A stretch of 54,398 nt of DNA from Pseudomonadota bacterium (GCA_023434015.1 JAEYTM010000341.1:1-54398), one strand, 5' to 3'. Positions 41,773-54,340 are shown, numbered from the stretch's first letter. The notes: generated by a model not told the origin, from the letters alone. A program made the numbers and translations.

Positions 41773-42798
41773 ATGTCCGACGCCTTCAAGCCGCTGCTGA
41801 GCCGCCTCGCCGACGGCGCGACCCTGTCCGAAGCCGACGCCGGCGAGTTCTTCACCGCCTGCCTGCGCGGCGAGCCCACGGCGGCCCCGGTGGCCGCCGC
41901 CCTCACCGCGCTGCGCATGCGGGGCGAGACCGTGGGGGAGATCACCGCCTCGGCCAAGGCGATGCGACGGGCGGCGGTCACCCTCGATCATCCCTTCCAG
42001 GTGATCGACGTCTGCGGCACCGGCGGCGATGGGCTGCACACCTTGAACGTTTCTACCGCGGTGGCCTTCGTGGTCGCGGGCGGCGGACTGAAGGTCGCCA
42101 AGCACGGCAACCGGGCGCTCTCCTCGAAATCCGGCGCCGCGGACGTGCTCACGGCGCTGGGCGTCAACCTGACGGTTTCTGCGGAGCAGCAGCTCCGGTC
42201 GCTGGACGAGGCGGGCATCTGCTTCATGTTCGCGCCTGCGCACCACGGCGCCATGCGCCATGTGACGCCGATCCGCGCGGAGCTCGGTTACCGAACGATC
42301 TTCAACCTCCTGGGACCGCTGGCCAATCCGGCCGGGGCCACGCGCCAACTGCTCGGCGTCTACGATAGCCGCTGGTTGGAGCCGCTGGCGCGGGTGCTGG
42401 GCGCCCTGGGAGCCGAACGGGCCTGGACGGTGCACGGCCAGGGCATGGATGAGATCACCACGACGGGTGAAACCCAGGTCGCCGAATGGCGCGACGGCCA
42501 GGTGCGGCTGTTCCGGATCACGCCCGAGGCGGTCGGCCTGCCGCGTGCCGCCCTCGCGGACATCACCGGCGGTCCTCCGGCTCACAACGCGGCGGCGCTG
42601 CGCGAACTGCTGGACGGCGCGACGGGCGCCTATCGCGACATCGTCATGCTGAACGCGGCCGCCGCCTTCCTGGTCGGCGATCGGGTTGAGACCCTGCGTG
42701 AAGGCGTGGAGCTGGCGGGCCAGGTGATTGACGACGGTCGCGCGCGGGCGGCCCTCGACCGCCTCGTCGCCATCACCAATGAAGGCGCGCCGGCATGA
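41773..42798 (+). CDS. trpD: Anthranilate phosphoribosyltransferase
   Basis: [33 protein letters not shown]. Confidence 0.97.
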   Translation: MSDAFKPLLSRLADGATLSEADAGEFFTACLRGEPTAAPVAAALTALRMRGETVGEITASAKAMRRAAVTLDHPFQVIDVCGTGGDGLHTLNVSTAVAFVVAGGGLKVAKHGNRALSSKSGAADVLTALGVNLTVSAEQQLRSLDEAGICFMFAPAHHGAMRHVTPIRAELGYRTIFNLLGPLANPAGATRQLLGVYDSRWLEPLARVLGALGAERAWTVHGQGMDEITTTGETQVAEWRDGQVRLFRITPEAVGLPRAALADITGGPPAHNAAALRELLDGATGAYRDIVMLNAAAAFLVGDRVETLREGVELAGQVIDDGRARAALDRLVAITNEGAPA

Positions 42799-43586
42799 GC
42801 GACATTCTCTCCCGCATCGCCGACTACAAGCGCGACGAGGTCGCCGCGCGGAAGGCTGCACGCACTGTCGCCGAGCTCGACGTTGCGGCTCGTGCCGCAA
42901 GCGCCCCCCGCGGTTTCCGGGCGGCGCTGGAACGGGCCCACGCCCCCGGCCGCCTGGCGCTGATCGCCGAGGTGAAGAAGGCGTCGCCATCCAAGGGGCT
43001 GATCCGCGAGGACTTCGACCCGCCGACCCTGGCGCGCGCCTATGAACGCGGCGGAGCCGCCTGCCTGTCCATCCTCACCGACGGGCCGAGTTTCCAGGGC
43101 GACGACACCTTCCTCACCGCCGGCCGCGACGCCGTCGCCCTGCCCTGCCTGCGCAAGGAGTTTCTGGTCGACCCCTGGCAGGTGGCGGAGGCCCGCGCAC
43201 TGGGGGCCGACGCCATCCTGGTGATCCTCGCCATGATCGACGACGCGGTCGCCGGCGACCTGATGGCTGAAGCCCGCGCCTTCGGCATGGACGCCCTGGT
43301 CGAGGTGCACGACGAGGTCGAGATGGCGCGCGCCGTGGCGCTGGGGGCCGACCTCATCGGCGTCAACAATCGCGACCTGCGCACCTTCACCACCGACCTC
43401 GCCACGACGGAGCGGCTCTCTGCCATGGTCCCTGGCGACGTCCTGCTCGTCACGGAGAGCGGGATCTTCACGCCGGACGACGCCGCCCGCCTCGAACGGA
43501 CCGGCGCACGGGCGATGCTGGTCGGCGAGAGCCTCATGCGACAAGCCGATGTGACCGCTGCGACGCGGTCGCTCCTCGGCGACTGA
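42795..43586 (+). CDS. trpC: Indole-3-glycerol phosphate synthase
   Basis: [35 protein letters not shown]. Confidence 0.97.
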   Translation: MSDILSRIADYKRDEVAARKAARTVAELDVAARAASAPRGFRAALERAHAPGRLALIAEVKKASPSKGLIREDFDPPTLARAYERGGAACLSILTDGPSFQGDDTFLTAGRDAVALPCLRKEFLVDPWQVAEARALGADAILVILAMIDDAVAGDLMAEARAFGMDALVEVHDEVEMARAVALGADLIGVNNRDLRTFTTDLATTERLSAMVPGDVLLVTESGIFTPDDAARLERTGARAMLVGESLMRQADVTAATRSLLGD

Positions 43587-43645
43587 GTCGCCGCCCCACG
43601 CAGGCGCGCCTCGGCGGAAACCCCTGATTTTTCAGAGGGTCGCCG

Positions 43646-43661
43646 GTAACTTGACATTAAC
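43646..43661 (+). promoter_or_regulatory. lexA promoter -35 (TTGACA 43651-43656) embedded in a CtrA-like box
   Basis: GTAA-CTTGACA-TTAAC. Confidence 0.5.
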
Positions 43662-43664
43662 CAG

Positions 43665-43679
43665 GAACACCTAGAGAAC
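43665..43679. promoter_or_regulatory. Alphaproteobacterial LexA (SOS) box
   Basis: GAAC-ACCTAGA-GAAC, exact match to GAAC-N7-GAAC / GTTC-N7-GTTC, over the -10 region. Confidence 0.9.
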
Positions 43680-43689
43680 ATCCGGAGAC

Positions 43690-43704
43690 GTTTGCGCTTT
43701 GTTC
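43690..43704. promoter_or_regulatory. Second, degenerate LexA box in opposite orientation
   Basis: GTTT-GCGCTTT-GTTC, one mismatch. Confidence 0.6.
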
Positions 43705-43734
43705 TTTGGCGCTTTCTTACCGAGGTAGGCCGCG

Positions 43735-44424
43735 ATGCTCACGCGCAAGCAGCACGAATTGCTCATGTTCATCCACGAGCGGATCAAGGAATCCGGCGTG
43801 TCTCCCTCCTTCGACGAGATGAAGGAAGCGCTGGACCTGGCGTCCAAGTCGGGGATTCACCGCCTGATCACCGCTCTGGAGGAGCGCGGCTTCCTGCGCC
43901 GCCTGCCCCATCGCGCCCGGGCTCTGGAGGTGGTGAAGCTTCCGCAACAGGCGACGACGGCCGCCCCGCCCAAGGGGCGCGCCCCGTTCAAGCCGCAGCT
44001 GGTCGAGCCGGGCGAGCCGATGCCTTCGGCGGCCAACGACAGCCGCGAACTGCCGATCCTGGGCCGCATCGCCGCCGGGACTCCGATCGAAGCGATCCAG
44101 CAGGAGCGCGACCGGATTCCGGTCCCGGAAACCATGCTTGGGGCCGGCGAGCATTTCGTCCTCGAGATCCAGGGCGACTCGATGATCAACGCCGGCATCC
44201 TCGACGGTGACTATGTGGTCATCCGCAAGACCGACAGCGCCAATTCCGGCGACATCGTCGTCGCCCTGGTGATGGGCGAGGAAGCCACCCTCAAGCGCCT
44301 GCGCCGCAAGGGCGCCTCCATCGCCTTGGAGGCCGCCAATCCGCTGTACGAGACCCGAATCTTCGGTCCCGACCAGGTGTCGGTGCAGGGCCGTCTGGTC
44401 GGGCTGATCCGCCGCTACCACTAA
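43735..44424 (+). CDS. lexA: SOS repressor LexA
   Basis: [27 protein letters not shown] cleavage site, GDSM, EATLKR. Confidence 0.98.
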   Translation: MLTRKQHELLMFIHERIKESGVSPSFDEMKEALDLASKSGIHRLITALEERGFLRRLPHRARALEVVKLPQQATTAAPPKGRAPFKPQLVEPGEPMPSAANDSRELPILGRIAAGTPIEAIQQERDRIPVPETMLGAGEHFVLEIQGDSMINAGILDGDYVVIRKTDSANSGDIVVALVMGEEATLKRLRRKGASIALEAANPLYETRIFGPDQVSVQGRLVGLIRRYH

Positions 44425-46643
44425 GCCCGCGGATCGGGACCCCAGGTCCAGGGCCTGCGTCCGCGCAGGTCCTGCGTCCACACCACCCGCCATTGGCCGT
44501 CCGGACGCCGGTAGAGTTCGGCCGCGCCGCCACGGGCGAAATCCTCGCCGGTCAGGACGAGGCGCGCCCGGCAATCCGCGGGACGCCCGGCGTTGCGTAT
44601 CACCACCACCTCAGCATCTTGGCACAGCGCCGCCATGCGCCCCGTCTTCAGAGGGCGGCGCAGGTTCCAGGCCGCCGCCAGCCTGACCGGAGCGCCTACC
44701 TCTGGTCCGCAACTCCAGGCGTCGCAGTCAAAGCCACGCTCGGCGGGAGCCCCGACAGGCGTCAGCCCGCGGCGTCGCGCCCATAGCTCGGCGCCGAACA
44801 GCTTCACCTCGGGGCGCAGGAGGACGGCTTCGCGACCGGCCCGCACTGCGGCGGTCGCCCCGTCGGCGCTCACCCAGGCGTCGGGCGCGGTCGGCTTGGG
44901 GACCAGAAGCACGGCCAAGGCGAACGGGACGCCGGCCCAGCGCAAAGGCCCCTTCCAGAGGCACAGCCACAAAAGCCCGAGAAAGGCGGCGGGCAAGGTC
45001 CATACCGGGCCGCTGGCCACCACCATCTGCGCATAGGGCGCATTGGCGGCCGCCGAAGCGATGCGGTTCATCAGGTCGATGGCGAAGCCGGCCACGGCCA
45101 GCGGCGCCTCGCCAAGCCCGAACGGGGTCAGGGCCGCCCCGACGGCCAGTCCGGGCATCATCAGGAACGACGAGATCGGCGCGACGGCGAGGTTGGAGGC
45201 CAGGCCCCAGGTCGCGACCCGGTTGAAGTGCTGCATGGCGAACGGGCCGGTGGCGAGGCCCGCCACGAAGCTCGCTGCCAGGCTCGCCGCCGTCCAGGTC
45301 GCCGCCGCCTGGAAGACACGGATCGGCCAGGGCGCGTTGATCTCCCTGACAGGCCGGGGCCAAGCCTCCGCCAGGGCCACGAGAGCGGCGGTGGCCGCAA
45401 AGGACATCTGGAAGCCCGGTTCGGTGACCGCTTCGGGGTGCAGCAGCAGGACGCCCATGGCCGCCAGGGCGAGGGAGTGCAGGCTGATCGCTTGACGGTC
45501 CACGAGGATCGCCCCGAACGCCACCGCCGCCGTGACCGCCGCGCGCTCGGCCGGCGGCGGCGCGCCGGACAGGATCAGGTACCCCAGCACTGCCGACAGG
45601 CCGACCAGCGCCGCGACCTTCTTTCCGTGAACGCGCAACGCCAGCCACGGCCAGGCGGCGACGCCCAGCCGAACGGCGGCGAAGGTGAAGCCGCCGACGA
45701 TGGCCATGTGCAGGCCGGAGATCGAAATGATGTGCGCCAGACCGGCGGCGCGAAGGTCGTCCACCTGCTGGCGCGGGATGAACGCCTCGTGTCCCGTGGT
45801 CATGGCCGCCGCGAGACCGCCGCTTCCCGCACCCAGAACATCGACGATCCGCCGCGACAGCTCCCAGCGAACGGCGTTGACCTGCATGGTCAGGCGCAGG
45901 CGCCACGGCGGCCGGCGATCGGTCTGCCAGGTGCTCGGCGGGCCGAGGGCGAAGCCGACGCCGCCGACACTCTCGAAGAAGGCGTCCCGCGCGAAATCGT
46001 AGGAGCCGGGACTGGCCGGCGGCGGCGGCGCATTGATCACAGCCAGGAGACGCACCGGAGAACCCGGCGCCGGCAGGTGGGCGCCGGGGCGCAAGGTCAC
46101 CCGCACCCTGATCGGCGTGGCGTTGGCGGGCCAGTCGCCGATCCGCGCCGGGGCGATGAGCAGGCGCTGGCCGCCCTGTCCCGGACTGGCGATATCCACG
46201 ACCCATCCCTCCAGGCGCTGCGGGCCGGCCGCAGTTCCAGCCACCGGTGCGGAAACCCGCTCCGTGCGGATCTTGCTGATGGCGAAGCCGCCGGCGGCGC
46301 AGGCCACGAGCACCAGGGCGATAGTCGCGGACCGGCGGCCGGCCCAGCGCGCCGCCCCGACCAGCAGCCCGGTCGCCAAGGCCGCCGCCACCCACGCCAC
46401 CCAGGCCTGCGGCTCGACCGGCAAGGTGAAGTAGAGCGCCGCCCCGAGCCCCAGCGCCACCGGGGTCCACAGGGTCCAGCGGTCGACCTGCCGTTCCGCC
46501 TGGGCCTTGAGCCAGCCAACAATCGCGGCAAGGCTAGGACGGGCCGGGACGCGCGTGCTAAGAGGCGCCGCCCAGGCGCCGGCGTCGGCCGTCGCTGTCT
46601 CCCGAGGCCTTTCAAGCTCGATGTCCGACCGTCCCGTCGTCAC
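44421..46643 (-). CDS. comEC: ComEC/Rec2 competence protein (no C-terminal MBL domain); start uncertain
   Basis: [31 protein letters not shown]; candidate starts GTG 46643, ATG 46673, ATG 46679. Confidence 0.88.
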   Translation of the reverse strand: MTTGRSDIELERPRETATADAGAWAAPLSTRVPARPSLAAIVGWLKAQAERQVDRWTLWTPVALGLGAALYFTLPVEPQAWVAWVAAALATGLLVGAARWAGRRSATIALVLVACAAGGFAISKIRTERVSAPVAGTAAGPQRLEGWVVDIASPGQGGQRLLIAPARIGDWPANATPIRVRVTLRPGAHLPAPGSPVRLLAVINAPPPPASPGSYDFARDAFFESVGGVGFALGPPSTWQTDRRPPWRLRLTMQVNAVRWELSRRIVDVLGAGSGGLAAAMTTGHEAFIPRQQVDDLRAAGLAHIISISGLHMAIVGGFTFAAVRLGVAAWPWLALRVHGKKVAALVGLSAVLGYLILSGAPPPAERAAVTAAVAFGAILVDRQAISLHSLALAAMGVLLLHPEAVTEPGFQMSFAATAALVALAEAWPRPVREINAPWPIRVFQAAATWTAASLAASFVAGLATGPFAMQHFNRVATWGLASNLAVAPISSFLMMPGLAVGAALTPFGLGEAPLAVAGFAIDLMNRIASAAANAPYAQMVVASGPVWTLPAAFLGLLWLCLWKGPLRWAGVPFALAVLLVPKPTAPDAWVSADGATAAVRAGREAVLLRPEVKLFGAELWARRRGLTPVGAPAERGFDCDAWSCGPEVGAPVRLAAAWNLRRPLKTGRMAALCQDAEVVVIRNAGRPADCRARLVLTGEDFARGGAAELYRRPDGQWRVVWTQDLRGRRPWTWGPDPRA

Positions 46644-48027
46644 CCGGATCGCCCCCTCGCCCACCGGCTCCATGCACATAGGCACGGCGAGAACGGCGCT
46701 TTTCAACTGGCTTTACGCGCGCCACACCGGCGGCCGGTACCTGCTGCGTATCGAGGACACCGACCGCGAACGCTCGACCGCCGACAACGTCCAGGTGATC
46801 TTCGACGGACTTAGCTGGCTGGGCCTGGAGGCCGATGAGCCGCCAGTGTTTCAGGCAACCCGCGCCGACCGCCATCGCGAGGTCGTCGAGCAGATGCTGG
46901 CGCGCGGTCGCGCCTATCGCGACTACATGACCGCGGAGGAGTTGGAGGCCGAGCGCGAGACCGCCCGCGCCGAGGGCCGCGTGGTCCGCTCGCCCTGGCG
47001 TGACGCGGCCCCGAACGACGCGCCCGATCGCCCCTTCGCCATCCGGCTGAAGGCGCCCCGCGACGGCGAGACCCTCGTCGAGGATCAGGTGAAGGGTCAG
47101 GTCCGTTTTCAGAACCGCGACCTGGACGACCTCATTCTGCTGCGCTCCGACGGCGCGCCGACCTACAACCTCGCCGTGGTTGTGGATGACCACGACATGG
47201 AGGTGACGCACGTCATCCGCGGCGACGACCACCTGAACAACGCCGCCCGTCAGACGCTGATCTATCAGGCGATGGATTGGGAGGTCCCGGTCTGGGCGCA
47301 CCTGCCGCTGATCCACGGTCCGGACGGCGCCAAGCTCTCCAAGCGACACGGGGCTCAGGCGGTCGGCGAGTTCGCCGACATGGGCTATCTGCCCGAAGCG
47401 CTGCGCAACTACCTGGCCAAGCTCGGATGGGGTCATGGCGACGACGAGATCTTCTCGGACGCCCAGGCCCAGACCTGGTTCGACATCAAGGACGTGGTCG
47501 GTGCGCCCGCCCGTCTGGACTGGGCCAAGCTCAACCACCTCAACAACCACTATATCCGCCAGGCCGACCCGGTTCGCCTGGCCGGGCTGGTCGCCGACGT
47601 TCTCAGGAGCCGCGGCTGGCCGGCGCGTGATGCGGAGCGGGAAATTCTCGAACGCACCATCCCGCTCGTGCGGGACGGCGCCAAGACGATCCTCGAACTC
47701 GCCGACGCCACGGTCTTCGCCCTCAAGCAACGTCCACTGGAGCTGCCCGAGAAGGCGCGCGGCATGCTCAACGACGAGACACGCGCGCGACTTTCACGGC
47801 TACGTGAAGGCCTCACCAGCGTCGCCGTCTGGACCGTCGCCGACCTGGAGGCTTATTTGCGCGCGTTCGCCGAGGCCGAGGGTGTCGGCATGGGCAAGTT
47901 CGGCCCCGCCCTGCGGGCGGTCCTGTCCGGCGGTTCGCCGGCGCCGGACCTCGCAGGCGCCCTGGTCGCACTGGGTGAGAGCGAGAGCCTTGGACGGCTT
48001 GACGATGCGCTTTCTCCCGTCACTTAA
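46621..48027 (+). CDS. gltX: Glutamate--tRNA ligase
   Basis: RIAPSPTGSMHIG, LRIEDTD, IRGDDHL, KLSKRHG. Confidence 0.96.
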   Translation: MSDRPVVTRIAPSPTGSMHIGTARTALFNWLYARHTGGRYLLRIEDTDRERSTADNVQVIFDGLSWLGLEADEPPVFQATRADRHREVVEQMLARGRAYRDYMTAEELEAERETARAEGRVVRSPWRDAAPNDAPDRPFAIRLKAPRDGETLVEDQVKGQVRFQNRDLDDLILLRSDGAPTYNLAVVVDDHDMEVTHVIRGDDHLNNAARQTLIYQAMDWEVPVWAHLPLIHGPDGAKLSKRHGAQAVGEFADMGYLPEALRNYLAKLGWGHGDDEIFSDAQAQTWFDIKDVVGAPARLDWAKLNHLNNHYIRQADPVRLAGLVADVLRSRGWPARDAEREILERTIPLVRDGAKTILELADATVFALKQRPLELPEKARGMLNDETRARLSRLREGLTSVAVWTVADLEAYLRAFAEAEGVGMGKFGPALRAVLSGGSPAPDLAGALVALGESESLGRLDDALSPVT

Positions 48028-48086
48028 CGCGCTATAAGCCCGCCTGACGGGACGAGCGTTCCAAAGTTTGTTTTGAGAGGGCTGGC

Positions 48087-49370
<1,284 letters not shown>

Positions 49371-49394
49371 GGCGTCGCCCCATCTGACGGAACG

Positions 49395-49423
49395 AGCCCG
49401 CGCCTCACCCGCGCGGGCTTTTT
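49395..49423 (+). terminator. Intrinsic terminator of gltA, overlapping the lpxB stop
   Basis: AGCCCGCGC-CTCACCC-GCGCGGGCT-TTTT. Confidence 0.8.
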
Positions 49424-50589
49424 CCTGCCCGGTCGGTGAGGATGTCCAGCACGGCCGCCGCCGCCGCATCCGACGGATCGGGGCCGCCGCGCCCCATCCG
49501 GTCCAGAGCAGCCGACTGCGCGGCGACCTGCCCCTGCCGCAGCGCCGGATCGTCCAGGCGCAGCGCCACCTCCCGCGCCAGAGCGGGCCCATTGCAGTCG
49601 GCCTGGATCAGTTCCGGGGCGACGAACGCCTGCGCGGCGATGTTGAACAGCGTGATGAAGCGGGTGCGGATGAGCCGCTTCAGCAGGGCGTAGGTCACCG
49701 GCCCCAACCGATAGGCGACGACCATCGGCGCGCCGGCCAAGGCCAGTTCCGTGGTCACAGTGCCTGAACAGGCCAGAGCGACCGTCGCGGCCTTCATGGC
49801 GTCGAGCTTGGCGGTCTCACCCTCGACCACATGCGCGCGGTGCGGCCATCCCGCCACCCTGGATCGCACGGCGTCGGCAACCGTGGACGCCGCGTTCACC
49901 ACGACGTGCAGGCCGGGCCGCTCCGCCTTCAGCAGGCGGATCGCTGCCTCGAAGGGCGGGAGCATCCGATCGATCTCGCTCGGCCGGCTTCCGGGGAGCA
50001 CCAGCAGGATCGGATCGTCCGGCCCGGCGCCGATCTGGGCCCGCAGCCGCCCGGCGTCGGCCGTCGAGAAGTCGAGGCTCAGCGCCGCATTACCGACGAA
50101 GGTGACCGGCAGGCCTTCCGCCTCGAAGAACGGGGCGTCGAAGGCGTGGATCGTCAGCAGGTGGTCCACCGCCCGCGCAAGGGTCCTCGCCCGGCCGGGA
50201 CGGGTCGCCCACACCTGCGGCCCGACATATTTCACCAACGGCAGATCGGGATGGGCCTGCCGCAGGCGCCGGGCCACCCGGATCGTAAAGCCCCAGGAAT
50301 CGATCAGGATGGCGACATCCGGGTTCTCGCGCGCCGCCACGGCCACGGTGTCGTTCACCCGGCGCAGGATCCGGGGATAGGCCATCAGCCCCTCGGCCAG
50401 CCCCAGGATCGAGATCTCGGAGATATCGAAAGGGCTGTCGACGCCCTCGGCGGCCATTCGCTGTCCGCCGACGCCGACAAAGCGGACACCCTCCCCAAGC
50501 CGCCGCCTGAGCGCCTGCGCCAGCCCTGCGCCGCGGTCATCGCCCGACGCTTCCGCCGCCACCAGCATGACGGTCAGGGGGCGGCTCAC
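49405..50589 (-). CDS. lpxB: Lipid-A-disaccharide synthase
   Basis: AAEASGD, YVGPQVWATRPGR, LPGSRPSE, SGTVTTE, PELIQ; GTG 50589 overlaps the lpxI TGA. Confidence 0.95.
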   Translation of the reverse strand: MSRPLTVMLVAAEASGDDRGAGLAQALRRRLGEGVRFVGVGGQRMAAEGVDSPFDISEISILGLAEGLMAYPRILRRVNDTVAVAARENPDVAILIDSWGFTIRVARRLRQAHPDLPLVKYVGPQVWATRPGRARTLARAVDHLLTIHAFDAPFFEAEGLPVTFVGNAALSLDFSTADAGRLRAQIGAGPDDPILLVLPGSRPSEIDRMLPPFEAAIRLLKAERPGLHVVVNAASTVADAVRSRVAGWPHRAHVVEGETAKLDAMKAATVALACSGTVTTELALAGAPMVVAYRLGPVTYALLKRLIRTRFITLFNIAAQAFVAPELIQADCNGPALAREVALRLDDPALRQGQVAAQSAALDRMGRGGPDPSDAAAAAVLDILTDRAGKSPRG

Positions 50590-51425
50590 GACCGTTCGGG
50601 CTCCACGCCCAAGATGAAGATCCCCAGTTCGTCCGCCAGGGCGATCACGGCCTCGCGGTCCAGCACCAGCAGGCGGCCCGTTTCGCCGATGATTCCGGCC
50701 AGGCCAGCGCGCGCGACACCGTGGACGGTTTCCAGGCCGATGGTCGGCAGGTCGACGCGGGTCTCCTGGATCGGCTTGGGAGCCTTGCCCAGCGCCCCCT
50801 CGCCGGCGCCAGGCGATCCGCGCACGGCGAGCGGAAGCGCAGCCACGCGCTCCAGCATCGCATCGGTGCCCTCCTGGGCTTCCACCGCGAGCACGAGGCC
50901 GCGACAGACGACCGCCGCCTGGCCGATATCGAGACGTCCGATCGTGCGGGCCACAGTCAGGGCGTGTTCCGCGTCGGCGCGCTGCTCCTCGCTGGGAGAT
51001 ATCCGTCCCAGCGGCCCCGCCGGCAGGCGAAGGTCCTGCATCACCTCGTGCGCGCCCTCGACCGAGAAGCCTTCCTTTTCGAACTCGCCGACCATCAGCC
51101 GCAGCAGGGCGTCGTCGCCCTTGCGCGCGGCGGCGATGGCGGCCGGCAGGACGGCCAGGCCGCGGATGTCCGGCATCAGGGCGGAGAAATCCGGACGGCT
51201 GACGATGCCGGCCAGGCACACCGCCTCGCAGCCAGCTTGCTTCAGCGCCTTGAAGCATTTGCCGAGTTCCGCCAGGCCGATTTCCACCCCGGCGTGGCGG
51301 GCCAGCCCCGCCCCCGCGAACCCCTTCAGGCGCACGACGAACAGCGGCCGGCCGGCCCGCTGGCAATAGTCGGCGATCTCGACGGGCAGAGATCCGGCCC
51401 CGGCGATCAGGCCGAGCTTCTTCAT
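50586..51425 (-). CDS. lpxI: UDP-2,3-diacylglucosamine diphosphatase LpxI
   Basis: GLIAGAGSLP, KGDDALL, DIGQA, AVEAQEGTDAML, RVDLPTIG; lies between lpxA and lpxB. Confidence 0.93.
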   Translation of the reverse strand: MKKLGLIAGAGSLPVEIADYCQRAGRPLFVVRLKGFAGAGLARHAGVEIGLAELGKCFKALKQAGCEAVCLAGIVSRPDFSALMPDIRGLAVLPAAIAAARKGDDALLRLMVGEFEKEGFSVEGAHEVMQDLRLPAGPLGRISPSEEQRADAEHALTVARTIGRLDIGQAAVVCRGLVLAVEAQEGTDAMLERVAALPLAVRGSPGAGEGALGKAPKPIQETRVDLPTIGLETVHGVARAGLAGIIGETGRLLVLDREAVIALADELGIFILGVEPERS

Positions 51426-52222
51426 CAGACTTCGCGTTCGGGCAGACAGAGCGGGCGGCTGGCGTCGGCGCGGATGAAATCGATGATTTCCATCACCTCC
51501 GGTGAGGCCGCATAGGTCTCAGCCGTGTCGTCGAGCCGCTCCTGGAAGGTGCCCTCGTTGGCGAACAGCAGGCGATAGGCCGCCCGCAGTGTGTTGATGG
51601 TTTCCCGGCTGAACCCGCGCCGTTTCAGCCCCACCAGGTTCAGGCCCTCGAGATGGGCGTGGTTGCCCCACACCGACCCGTAGGGGATCACGTCCTTCAC
51701 CACGGCCGCCAGGCCGCCGACCATGGCGTGGCGGCCGATGCGGGTGAACTGGTGAACCGCGGCCAGGCCCCCGACGATGACGAAATCCCCCACTTCGCAG
51801 TGACCGCCCAGCGTCGCCTGCTTGATCAGGATGACGTTGTCGCCGACCACGCAGTCGTGGCCGACGTGCGACTCGATCATATAGAGGCCGTTCGAACCGA
51901 CCCGGGTGATCCCGCCGCCCCGGACCGTGCCGATGTTCATGGTGGCGTGTTCACGGATGACGTTGCCGTCTCCGATCACCAGCCGCGTGTCCTCGCCATT
52001 GTAGGCGGTGTGCTGCGGCGGACCGCCCAGGACGCAGAACGGATGCACCTCGTTGTCGGCGCCGATCTCGGTCGAGCCCTCGATCACCACGTGCGATTTC
52101 AACCGCGTGCGCGGGCCGATCCGGGCGCGTTCGCCCACGATGCAGTAGGGGCCGATGCTGACGCCGTCAGCCAGCTCGGCGCCCTTGGCCACCAGGGCGG
52201 TGGGATGGATCTCGACGGCCAA
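51425..52222 (-). CDS. lpxA: UDP-N-acetylglucosamine acyltransferase
   Basis: IHPTALV hexapeptide repeats, [26 protein letters not shown]. Confidence 0.96.
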   Translation of the reverse strand: MAVEIHPTALVAKGAELADGVSIGPYCIVGERARIGPRTRLKSHVVIEGSTEIGADNEVHPFCVLGGPPQHTAYNGEDTRLVIGDGNVIREHATMNIGTVRGGGITRVGSNGLYMIESHVGHDCVVGDNVILIKQATLGGHCEVGDFVIVGGLAAVHQFTRIGRHAMVGGLAAVVKDVIPYGSVWGNHAHLEGLNLVGLKRRGFSRETINTLRAAYRLLFANEGTFQERLDDTAETYAASPEVMEIIDFIRADASRPLCLPEREV

Positions 52223-52225
52223 GCG

Positions 52226-52696
52226 TCAGGTCTCCACCACCATGGCGGCGAACTCGACTTCGGCCGCCAGCTTTTCGCCGACCAGGGCGCGCCCCCGGAA
52301 CTTGAAGATGTCGCCCCGGGCGCGGATCACCTCTACCGGCATCCGCACCACGTCGCCCGGCCGCACCGGCATGCGGAACCGGCAGTTGTCGAGCGACATG
52401 AACAGGATGGTCTTGCCGGCGACATCGACGTCCAGCGACTTCGACATCAGCACAGCGCCGGTCTGGGCGATGGCTTCGACGATCAGCACCCCGGGCATCA
52501 CCGGATAGCCCGGGAAGTGGCCCTGGAAGAACGGCTCGTTGAACGTCACGCATTTGATGCCGACGATCGACTGGCTCGGACGGTACTCCTCCGCCCGGTC
52601 GATCAGGAGGAAGGGGTAGCGATGCGGGATTCGGGCGAGGATCTCGGTGATGTCGATCTCAGCCGGGGATTCGTTCACCGGCGCCTTACGGCTCAT
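52226..52696 (-). CDS. fabZ: 3-hydroxyacyl-ACP dehydratase FabZ
   Basis: IPHRYPFLLID, FQGHFPGYPVMPGVLIVEAIAQ. Confidence 0.97.
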   Translation of the reverse strand: MSRKAPVNESPAEIDITEILARIPHRYPFLLIDRAEEYRPSQSIVGIKCVTFNEPFFQGHFPGYPVMPGVLIVEAIAQTGAVLMSKSLDVDVAGKTILFMSLDNCRFRMPVRPGDVVRMPVEVIRARGDIFKFRGRALVGEKLAAEVEFAAMVVET

Positions 52697-53712
52697 TCCT
52701 CAGCTCCGTCCTTACGGTTCGCCATCCTGGCGAGCCACGCGGTTTCCCGCATCCAACGCCGGATCGGCCGCGCGGGCATGCCGCCCCACGTCTCGCCGGC
52801 CGGTATATCCTTCATCACCCCCGACGCCGCGCCGATCCGGGCGCCATCGCCGATGGTCAGGTGGTCAGCGACGCCCGCACGCCCGCCGAACTGGGCGCCG
52901 TCGCCGATGATCACGCTGCCGGAAATGCCGGTGTGGGCCGCCATCACACAGTTGCGACCGACGCGCACGTTGTGGGCGATCTGCACGAAGTTGTCGATCT
53001 TGGTATTCTCGCCAATCACCGTGTCGTCGAAGGCGCCCCGGTCAACGCAGCTGTTGGCGCCGATGCTGACGCCGTCCTGCAGGATCACCCGGCCGAATTG
53101 AGGCATGTCGACCAGCCCTGAGGCGCCCATGGCGGCGCCAAATCCGGGCTCGCCGATGACGGCGCCGGCGAGGATCTTCACCCGGTCGCCGATCAGCGCG
53201 AAGCCGATGACCACATTGGCCGAGATCTCGCAGTCCCGACCGATGGCGACGCCAGGGCCCACGACCGTGTTGGCGCCGATCCGCGAGCCGCGGCCGACCT
53301 GAGCCCCTGCCCCCAGCACCACGCCGGGGCCGAGCACCGCGCCGTCCTCGACCCGGGCGTCGGGCGAGATGGCCGGGCCGGCGCCCGTGACCCGCGGTCG
53401 GTGCAGGCGATTGGCCGCCAAGGCGTAGGCCGCCTGAGGCGTGGGCGTCAGAAGGGCGACGCAGCCTTCGGGAACTTCCCCGGCCTCCCGGGGATGGACG
53501 AAGCAGGCCCCGGCCCTGGTCTGGCGAAGCGCCGCCACATGGCGGCGGTCCGACAGGAAGGTGACCGAGCCCGGCGCGGCCTGGGCCAGCACGGCGACGC
53601 GGTCGACGCTGCGGCCGGCGACGTCCGGGCGGACAGGCTGCGCTCCCGTCAGCCGAACGAGATCATCGAGGCTGACGGGGCCGAGGTCTTCGAAGAAGCG
53701 CGGATCGGGCAT
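52693..53712 (-). CDS. lpxD: UDP-3-O-acylglucosamine N-acyltransferase
   Basis: MPDPRFF, hexapeptide repeats, GEPGFG, KIDNFVQIAHNV. Confidence 0.96.
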   Translation of the reverse strand: MPDPRFFEDLGPVSLDDLVRLTGAQPVRPDVAGRSVDRVAVLAQAAPGSVTFLSDRRHVAALRQTRAGACFVHPREAGEVPEGCVALLTPTPQAAYALAANRLHRPRVTGAGPAISPDARVEDGAVLGPGVVLGAGAQVGRGSRIGANTVVGPGVAIGRDCEISANVVIGFALIGDRVKILAGAVIGEPGFGAAMGASGLVDMPQFGRVILQDGVSIGANSCVDRGAFDDTVIGENTKIDNFVQIAHNVRVGRNCVMAAHTGISGSVIIGDGAQFGGRAGVADHLTIGDGARIGAASGVMKDIPAGETWGGMPARPIRRWMRETAWLARMANRKDGAEE

Positions 53713-53752
53713 GAGGTGCGATCGACCCGCGCCTGACGAGGGTCGGGCTCTC

Positions 53753-54340
53753 TTAGCGCGGCGCGGCCGGGGCGGCCGGCGTCGCCGGGCGGGCGGCAGC
53801 GGGGGCCGCCGGCTGCTGTTGCTCCAGACGCTCGCGGTCGAAGGCGAACTGGGTGATCTTGGCGTTGAGGGCGGTCACCACGTCCGGGGTGATGTCCATC
53901 GCCGGGTTGGCGATGACCACGGCGTTGCGCTGCAGCAGCACCGAACAGGCCTTCTGCTGATAGGCTTGGCGGATCAGCGGCTCCATCTCCTGGCCCACGC
54001 GGCCGATGGCCTTCTGTTCGGTCGCGGAGACTTCCTGGTCGCGCTGGGCGGCGCGGCGTTGCAGGGCGTTGGCGCGGTTCTGCAGGGCCGAGGCGCGCTG
54101 CTCGAAGGTGTTCTGGTCGAGCGTGGCGCGCTGGCCTTCGAGCGTCCTGGCCTCGGTCTCGATAGCGGTGTTTTCGGCCGTCAGCTCGGCGTTCACCTGG
54201 GCGACGATCTGCTGCATGCGCGTGTTGACGTGACGTCCGACGGTCGAGCCGCCGATCGCGCCTTCGATCGAGATCACGCAGATGCCGGGCACAGCCGCGC
54301 CATGGGTGACGGCCGGCGCCGCCGGGGCGGCGGCGCCACC
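53753..54340 (-). CDS. skp: OmpH/Skp family outer-membrane chaperone, 5' end missing or anomalous
   Basis: Long Gln/Glu coiled coil, DITPDVVTALN motif, position upstream of lpxD; the frame stays open to the window end but no signal peptide is seen. Confidence 0.8.
   Translation of the reverse strand, partial: GGAAAPAAPAVTHGAAVPGICVISIEGAIGGSTVGRHVNTRMQQIVAQVNAELTAENTAIETEARTLEGQRATLDQNTFEQRASALQNRANALQRRAAQRDQEVSATEQKAIGRVGQEMEPLIRQAYQQKACSVLLQRNAVVIANPAMDITPDVVTALNAKITQFAFDRERLEQQQPAAPAAARPATPAAPAAPR

Noticed and set aside
48024..48040. TTAA..ATAAG upstream of gltA as a CtrA box
   Set aside because: Spacing is N6 with a mismatch; better explained as the gltX stop plus a GCTATA -10-like element
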